This document shows, piece by piece, positions 57,201 to 64,000 of a stretch of 64,000 bases of DNA (positions are counted from its first letter, which is position 1; each line of letters opens with the position of its first letter). The notes below the pieces were generated by a model. It had not been told where the DNA came from. It saw only the letters and a program-made list of their open reading frames with translations, and did no database searches. Where the stretch lies: NCBI GenBank assembly GCA_050253415.1, contig JBFWJC010000001.1, positions 1 through 64,000 on the forward strand. The letters are read 5' to 3'. Made by a program: the position numbers and the translations under genes. The stretch is from Pedobacter sp. Lineage in GTDB: Bacteria; Desulfobacterota; Desulfuromonadia; Desulfuromonadales; Syntrophotaleaceae.

Positions 57201-58451
57201 CCCCATGAAGCGATCCTGCTGGGGATTGCCGACATCACGGAACAAAAAAAGATCGAGGACTACCTGCGCCGGGCCAAGCAGGCCGCCGATGACACAAGCC
57301 GGGCCAAGTCGGAGTTTCTTGCCAATATCAGCCACGAAATCCGCACCCCCATGACGGTGATCATCAGCGCCCTGAACTTTTTAGAGGAAGCCCCTCTCGA
57401 CCCCGATCAGAACCATCTTGTCGAAATGGCGTCACGATCGGCTCAAAACCTGCTCGACCTGCTGGATGATCTGCTCGATTTTTCTAAAATCGAAGTCGAC
57501 AAAATCAAGATTCACTTTGAGCCTTTAGACCTTTGGCAAAACGTGGAGGATGCCGTCGACATCCTCAAGCTTGAAGCGGAAAAGAAAGGGCTGGAATTCT
57601 CCTGGCATATCGCCGAGGACGTGCCTTCCACCGTTCTTGGCGACCGCAAGCGGCTGAGGCAGGTGCTGGTCAACCTGGTCGGCAACGCCCTCAAATTCAC
57701 CGAGATGGGACACATCGACGTAACGCTAAAGACCTCGAGCATGGCCTCTTCCAAGGACACGCCCGCGCTGCTGTTTTCCGTACAGGATACGGGGATAGGA
57801 ATTTCGGCCGAGGATATTACGCGGCTCTTTAAGAATTTCACCCAACTCGACAGTTCCACGACCCGTCAGTACGGGGGGACGGGGCTCGGCCTTGCGATCT
57901 GCCGGGGGCTGGTGGAGCGCATGGGCGGAAAAATCTGGGTGGAAAGCCGCCCGGGAGAAGGCAGCACGTTCTTCTTCACCCTGCCTCTGCAGGTACCGAA
58001 CGGCCTGGCAAAGGAAACCAGCCAAGAGAGGGAGTCTCGGGAACCCACCGAGATAACCTCCACCGTTGCCGGCATTTTGTCGGCGAAGATCCTGTTGGGC
58101 GAAGATGATGACTCTATTCGGGAACTGGTGGGCCTGTTACTGAAGACCTGGGGTTGGGAGGTGATTTTCGCCGAGAACGGGTGCGAGGCTCTGGACAAGC
58201 ACCTTGCCGAGAACCCCGATCTTATCCTCATGGATCTGCAGATGCCGGTGATGGATGGCTTGCAGGCAGTCCGGAAGATACGGGAACGGGAAGCCGGGCA
58301 GGGTCGACGCGTGCCGGTAATCGGCTTAACGGCCCATGCCCGCAAGCAGGAACGGGACCAATGCCTGGAAGCTGGAATGGACGACGTTCTGACAAAACCC
58401 ATCGATCTTCAAAAAATGCAAACCCTGATCCGGGGCTATCTGGAAAGATGA
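54207..58451 (+). CDS. CheB/CheR-PAS hybrid histidine kinase with receiver domain
   Basis: GASAGGL, ILSGTGSDG, VWVPGCASGEE, LISCRNVLIY, NEELQS.NEEL coiled coil, NISHEIRTP, GGTGLGL, LMDLQMP.MDG. Confidence 0.93.
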   Translation: MTKTNKDADALNDKIFSDPLSNKPDHSKTTTTLEDGSPRSQVETSASGEDARRLQNEEGFPVVALGASAGGLRALQELFTHLPADTGMAFVVIVHLSSEHESNLPQLLAKYTEMPVHSTDEAKRLAPDQVFVISADCTLTLKDRILQLSERERLPGKFKPIDSFFESLADQLERKSIGVILSGTGSDGTRGIKAIRAGGGITFAQTEESAQFAEMPRNAVLSGSVDFVLTPADIARQLGELVQLPHLPPLPPSEENASADWKEIHRLLSTKGGDFSQYKQGTLRRRISRRMSIHKTAELSEYVAFIKDHPEELTALREDLLIKVTEFFRDAEMFEALEKKVFPKILACKQDGVPIRVWVPGCASGEEVYSLAMALAEFQGESGTYLPMQIFGTDVSEEAIEKARQGFYAQGQLSGVSQERLRKFFLPATGGFKVKKHLREMCIFARQNFISDPPFSRLDLISCRNVLIYFDALLQKNVFPLFHYALNPDGFLVLGSAESISQAGNLFSAVDEKNRIFAKKKTAQRETFASWTYHQAGQPSSPKKVQPFDYRQRKTDEQKLQREVDRFLLRRLDPVAVVVDSALNVVQFRGHTAPFIDPQPGKATLNLLRITRDTLRLDLQALLRKTQEQGTTQVREHLYREADRECSLTLEASPLQLDQELFFLIRFIPGPSRPSIPESASAFDQSKEQVLWQENQRLKKELATSLELLQKIREEKDEALEDLNASNEEVLSSNEELQSINEELETSKEELESSVEELNTVNQELQGRNEELKQSQGDLYTIIQSVQIPFLILNEDLTIRRISPNAERTLNISAGDVGRNVTELKLSFELPDLQGTLLKVIRSGRGEELEILGLNGRWYLLRIDPIEGKEPAKGVVLALFDIDRLKRSIEETEKAYKYSLRIVDTIKDPLLVLDENLRVKKANPAFYQKFQVNPKQTEGKEIFSLGAGQWDLPELRSLLSEILPQSMQMDNFQVEFDFPQLGPRTMQLSARRMKATFSPHEAILLGIADITEQKKIEDYLRRAKQAADDTSRAKSEFLANISHEIRTPMTVIISALNFLEEAPLDPDQNHLVEMASRSAQNLLDLLDDLLDFSKIEVDKIKIHFEPLDLWQNVEDAVDILKLEAEKKGLEFSWHIAEDVPSTVLGDRKRLRQVLVNLVGNALKFTEMGHIDVTLKTSSMASSKDTPALLFSVQDTGIGISAEDITRLFKNFTQLDSSTTRQYGGTGLGLAICRGLVERMGGKIWVESRPGEGSTFFFTLPLQVPNGLAKETSQERESREPTEITSTVAGILSAKILLGEDDDSIRELVGLLLKTWGWEVIFAENGCEALDKHLAENPDLILMDLQMPVMDGLQAVRKIREREAGQGRRVPVIGLTAHARKQERDQCLEAGMDDVLTKPIDLQKMQTLIRGYLER

Positions 58452-58464
58452 ATTACTTGACTAT

Positions 58465-59496
58465 TCAACGGGATGCGACAAGCTCCTTGCGTTCCTCATC
58501 CCACAGCTTAAGGCGAATTCCAGACAGGCTCTTCCGGATGGTGAGGGCCGGCTTGTCTGCGAGCGCCGGAATGGCTTCGCAACATTGCCTCAGTCGGTAG
58601 TTGGGAATTCGGGGGCTCAGATGGTGGACGTGGTGATAGCCGATGCTGGCCGAAAACCAGCGCAAGACCGTGGGCAACTTGTAAAAGGAGCTGCCTTCCA
58701 TGGCAGCGCGCAGGGGATCCCAGTCCGGCCTGCGCGCCCAATAGACGCCCTCAAACTGGTGCTGCACATAGAAGAGCCAGACTCCCGCGGCTCCGGCCAT
58801 CCAGAAAACAGGAAGTTGCACAAGCAGGTAGGTTCGCCAGCCTATGGTGCCGGCGGCCAGCAGAAAGATGGATATGAGCAACAGATTGGTGAACACGACA
58901 CTCACACGCTCTTTGCGCCTCGCCTCTCGCGTTGGCAGGCGGTAGCGGAGCAGAAAGCTGAACACCGCGCCCAAGCCGAACAACACCAGGGGATTCCGGT
59001 AGAGGCGATAGGCCCTTCGCTTGGTTGCCGAGGCCTCCTCGTATTCCGCCTTGGTCATAGTCCAGATATCACCGAACCCACGAGCGTCAAGGTCGGCATA
59101 GCTTGCGTGGTGCCGCAGATGACTGAACCGCCAGTCGTCACACGGGGTAAACACCAACAACCCCAAAGTATGTCCGAAAAACTTGTTCAGTCCCTGCTTC
59201 GGAAACAGCGAGCCATGGACACAATCATGAAAAAGGATGAACAGCCTCACAAGAAACAGGGCGGCTACCGCGGCCAGTGCCAGCGTTATGGCATAGGGGT
59301 AGCCCCGCCGAATCGACATCACCATCAGAGCCCACAGGCCGCAATAGGGCAGAAACGTGTTGATCAGCTGCCAACTCGCCACCCCTGTATTGGGGGTCCG
59401 AAAGCCGGACAAGGTTGAATGCCAAGCCGGCCACTTAAAGCTCGAGCCGCCCCCCTTTGGGACGTCGCTGAATGATGTACCACCTTGCATTGCCAT
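58465..59496 (-). CDS. Membrane fatty acid desaturase (Bacillus Des-like)
   Basis: Three His boxes HDCVH, HLRHH, HHVHH; GDIWTMT, FYVQHQFE, RIPNYRL. Confidence 0.9.
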   Translation of the reverse strand: MAMQGGTSFSDVPKGGGSSFKWPAWHSTLSGFRTPNTGVASWQLINTFLPYCGLWALMVMSIRRGYPYAITLALAAVAALFLVRLFILFHDCVHGSLFPKQGLNKFFGHTLGLLVFTPCDDWRFSHLRHHASYADLDARGFGDIWTMTKAEYEEASATKRRAYRLYRNPLVLFGLGAVFSFLLRYRLPTREARRKERVSVVFTNLLLISIFLLAAGTIGWRTYLLVQLPVFWMAGAAGVWLFYVQHQFEGVYWARRPDWDPLRAAMEGSSFYKLPTVLRWFSASIGYHHVHHLSPRIPNYRLRQCCEAIPALADKPALTIRKSLSGIRLKLWDEERKELVASR

Positions 59497-59653
59497 ATTC
59501 CCTCCCGCTTGGCTTTTCACAATGCCGCAGCCACACCAAGGCGGCAACCCGCCTTCAATACCGACAAACCATCCTCGCTACGCCGGCCAGCCCATCCCGA
59601 CTGGCGGCAATACAGAGAGGCATTCTTTCTTATTTCCGCCGCCAATCCGTCCA

Positions 59654-59746
59654 CTAATCTGACTCCGCCTCTGCAATAGGCAGGGTAAAATAAAAGGTGC
59701 TCCCCTGGCCTGACGTGCTCTCAACCCAGATGTGGCCGCCGTGCTC
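59654..59746 (-). pseudogene. 3' remnant of histidine kinase ATPase domain
   Basis: HGGHIWVESTSGQGSTFYFTLP then stop; no upstream kinase homology. Confidence 0.7.
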
Positions 59747-59963
59747 ATTTTCGAGCTTCCAGCCATCTTTCTCTAGAATTAAAGCAAAGAGCATGAAACA
59801 TTTCAATTGTTGAAGGCGATGGGAGCAAGGGATGTCCTCATCTTTCCACTTGGTTCCTGGCATTAAACTCCGGGCAGACGGCATCATTTCGTCGCGAGAT
59901 CTTCGAGACAAAAGCGAACGGTGATATAAACTTGAACTTGTTATTCGACCTAAGGAGATTGAA

Positions 59964-61049
59964 ATGCAGGCGAACGGGAAAAATAGTCGGGGCCGACACC
60001 TGTGGCAGATCACGGCCGTGCGGGATCTGCTATGGATCATGGCGGCGGCCATGCTGCTTTGGCTGACCTATAATGTGCGCTCCATCCTCCTGCCTATCTT
60101 CGCAGGTCTGGTCCTCGCGTATCTGTTTGATCCGGTCATCACTAAGTTCAAGCATCGTTGGGGCATTTCCCGCCTGCTATCGGTCCTTCTCATCTGCTTT
60201 CTGGTCCTTTTGGCCGGCACCGGGATCGGATATTGGGCTATCCCTGTGCTGGCAAAGCAGGCAGCCGCACTGGCAAAGGAGGTTCCAGACTACCTCCAGA
60301 CCCTAAACCAAAACTACGGTCTACAGATCCAGGATCTGGCCACCCGGCTCACCGGGCAGTTTCAAGGGACGGAGGATTCTATCCTCGATATATTAAAGAT
60401 CATCGCCGGAACGACCGTGGACATTGTTCTCTGGCTGCTTCTGCCGCCCATCTATTTCGTCTTTTTTGCCCTGAAGTTCCAGACCCTCAAGGAGGAAGGT
60501 TTCTCTTTCTTTTCCGCAGATCGCCATGCGCGAACGATGGATATCCTGCGGCGTATGGATGAGGCGGTCGGCGCCTTCTTTCGTGCCCGGCTCGTGATTT
60601 CTCTACTGGTCGGGATGATCTTCATCATCGGCTGGTGGCTGGCGAATGTTCCATACTGGTTTTTCCTGGGGGCGGTCACCGGGCTGCTCAGCATGATTCC
60701 TTACATGTCCATCGCAGGCTGGCTGCTCGCCCTTCTGGTCAAGTATTTCGACATGACCGCCGGGGCGGACGCTGCGGGCGCTGCGGGCGCTGACTGGATG
60801 GCCGTTCTGCTCTGGCCGAGCCTCGTCTTCGGAATCGGAAACTTCATCGAAGGATGGATCCTGACCCCCTGGATTCACGGCCGGACGACCCACCTCAACG
60901 CGATCATGATTTTAACCGTGGTTCTGATCGGGGGAGCGCTGGCCGGCTTCTGGGGTTTATTGTTCGGCATCCCCACTGCCATTTGTTTGACGATGCTGGC
61001 GGAAGAATTTCTGCTGCCATCCTTGCGAGATACGGGGAAAAAGGACTAG
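59964..61049 (+). CDS. AI-2E family transporter
   Basis: LPIFAGLVLAYLFDPV, GLLSMIPY, EGWILTP..G, GFWGLLFGIP. Confidence 0.9.
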   Translation: MQANGKNSRGRHLWQITAVRDLLWIMAAAMLLWLTYNVRSILLPIFAGLVLAYLFDPVITKFKHRWGISRLLSVLLICFLVLLAGTGIGYWAIPVLAKQAAALAKEVPDYLQTLNQNYGLQIQDLATRLTGQFQGTEDSILDILKIIAGTTVDIVLWLLLPPIYFVFFALKFQTLKEEGFSFFSADRHARTMDILRRMDEAVGAFFRARLVISLLVGMIFIIGWWLANVPYWFFLGAVTGLLSMIPYMSIAGWLLALLVKYFDMTAGADAAGAAGADWMAVLLWPSLVFGIGNFIEGWILTPWIHGRTTHLNAIMILTVVLIGGALAGFWGLLFGIPTAICLTMLAEEFLLPSLRDTGKKD

Positions 61050-61071
61050 CCAGCCGAGCTGTTCAGGGGAA

Positions 61072-61280
61072 AGTGCGCGCCGCATCTGGCGGGTGGTCAT
61101 GTGGGCATTGCTTACGGTGACGCAGCCTTCGAAGCGTTGCCGCTGGATGTCGCGGGCTCGCTCGATGTGATCGCGGATGAAGGCACTGCTTTCTGAATCG
61201 ACGGGGTCGGACAACTCCCGGTGCAGGATGCGCGGCACCTCAACGTGCAGATCGATGCGGTCGAGCAGCGGCCCGGACAG
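61072..61280 (-). pseudogene. Internal fragment of a second comM copy, beginning at [10 protein letters not shown]
   Basis: Aligns to intact comM ~61888-62094 with scattered substitutions. Confidence 0.88.
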
Positions 61281-61308
61281 ATGTTACCACAGAGGGGGGC
61301 ACCCATTA

Positions 61309-61488
61309 CTGCAGACGTCCGACGCCTTGACTCTTGCCGCCGGCATCGCGGTGGCTTTCGTCTCGGCGGTCCTGTCGGTTAAGTGGATGGTGGGCTACCT
61401 GCACCGCCACGGACTGGTTATTTTTGGTTATTACCGGGTGGGGTTGGCGCTGGTTACTGGAGCAATGCTGATGACCGGGACGCTCTGA
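61309..61488 (+). pseudogene. Diverged duplicate of last 180 bp of uppP
   Basis: Collinear with 52874-53053 through identical ending ATGACCGGGACGCTCTGA. Confidence 0.9.
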
Positions 61489-61604
61489 TTCCGGAAGGAA
61501 CGACTGGAAAGATCTGGTACAGTCTCATCATTCTACGTTCCAATCCGCAGCCTCCCCCTCACCAGATTGAAGGGTTAAAAAAAAACCCTCCATCATGGAT
61601 TTCG

Positions 61605-61646
61605 AATAAAAAAAACGGTCCCGTTACTGCGGACCGTTTTTTATTG
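61605..61646. terminator. Bidirectional terminator downstream of comM
   Basis: AATAAAAAAAACGGTCC...GGACCGTTTTTTATT. Confidence 0.65.
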
Positions 61647-61695
61647 CCATACTCCGTCATTCTTAGGGCATGCATCCAATCTGAAAACAGCCAAA

Positions 61696-63225
<1,530 letters not shown>

Positions 63226-63312
63226 GGTTACTCCTTGGACGGCTGTTGAAGTCGGATTCCGACCGCAACCGGCAAGTACAACCTAGTTACCCTGCCGACC
63301 ACTCGGAACGGA

Positions 63313-64000
63313 TTACTGCTCGTCGAGATATTTCTCCGCGGCGATGGCGGCCACGGCCCCATCACCGACGGCTGTGGCGATCTGCTTTAGCATCTTGTTG
63401 CGCACGTCACCGGCGGCGAACACGCCGGGCATGGAGGTACGGCACTCCCCATCGGTCATGATATAGCCATCCTCGTTAAGTTCGAGGACATCGGCAAGGA
63501 AGTGCGCCTTGGGGATCACGCCGATAGCGAAGAATACCCCTTCGAGGGCAAGCACGCTCTTATCGCCGGTAACCTTGTTGAGGACTTCCAGCCCGGAAAC
63601 GCCGCGATTGTCGCTCAATACCTGTTCGGGGACGCTGTCCCAGACCACTTCGATCTTGTCGTTGGCAAAGATGCGTTCCTGCAGGATACGGGTCGCGCGC
63701 AGAGCATCGCGGCGATGCACCAGATAGACCTTGGAAGCGAAACGGCTCAAAAACAGGGCCTCTTCGGCAGCCGTGTCACCACCGCCGACTACCGCTATCG
63801 GCACGTTGCGGAAAAAAGCACCGTCGCAGGTGGCACAGTAGGAGACACCCCGCCCGACCAGCTCCTTTTCGCCGGGGATGCCGAGCTTGCGCGGTTCGGC
63901 GCCGGTGGTCACGATCACGGCGCGGGCCTGGACCAGCTTGCCGTCAACGGTCACCTCTTTGGTAGCGCCCAGGTCGCGCAGTGCCTGAACTTCGCCCTGG
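63313..64000 (-). CDS. trxB: Thioredoxin reductase, 5' end beyond window
   Basis: GVSYCATCDG, GGGDTA.EEA, GVFAAGDV, ATAVGDG. Confidence 0.95.
   Translation of the reverse strand, partial: QGEVQALRDLGATKEVTVDGKLVQARAVIVTTGAEPRKLGIPGEKELVGRGVSYCATCDGAFFRNVPIAVVGGGDTAAEEALFLSRFASKVYLVHRRDALRATRILQERIFANDKIEVVWDSVPEQVLSDNRGVSGLEVLNKVTGDKSVLALEGVFFAIGVIPKAHFLADVLELNEDGYIMTDGECRTSMPGVFAAGDVRNKMLKQIATAVGDGAVAAIAAEKYLDEQ

Overview
GC-rich (deltaproteobacterial-looking, Desulfuromonadales-like gene content; taxonomy is an inference) accessory-rich region running from an IS3-family end and a 5'-truncated pncB on the left to intact comM/yifB and trxB on the right. Main contents: (1) a RAYT (Y1 HUH transposase) remnant with REP-like palindromes; (2) an AT-rich integron gene-cassette array (six attC sites, 3176-7129, plus an attI-like site at ~7558) with no integrase in the window; (3) a ~16.7 kb cluster of three TonB-dependent receptors, FecCD/BtuF-type ABC components, FmdE-like protein, two methyltransferases, a radical-SAM/substrate-binding-protein fusion and an XRE-HTH/molybdate-binding-type regulator with a shared TGACA-N6-TGTCA palindrome; (4) aceE-aceF-lpdA, msrA and a MASE3 kinase; (5) a convergent isoprenoid-type cluster (GGR-like oxidoreductase, MenG-like methyltransferase, polyprenyl synthase, UbiA-like membrane protein, LolA-like protein, cupredoxin); (6) transporters, ArsR metal-efflux locus, uppP, CheB/CheR hybrid kinase, fatty acid desaturase; and (7) a mosaic of duplicated gene 3' ends (pit, uppP, and two collinear pieces of a second comM 3' half) that marks a comM-anchored insertion hotspot. 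All assignments are from motif recognition by eye; no database searches were run.
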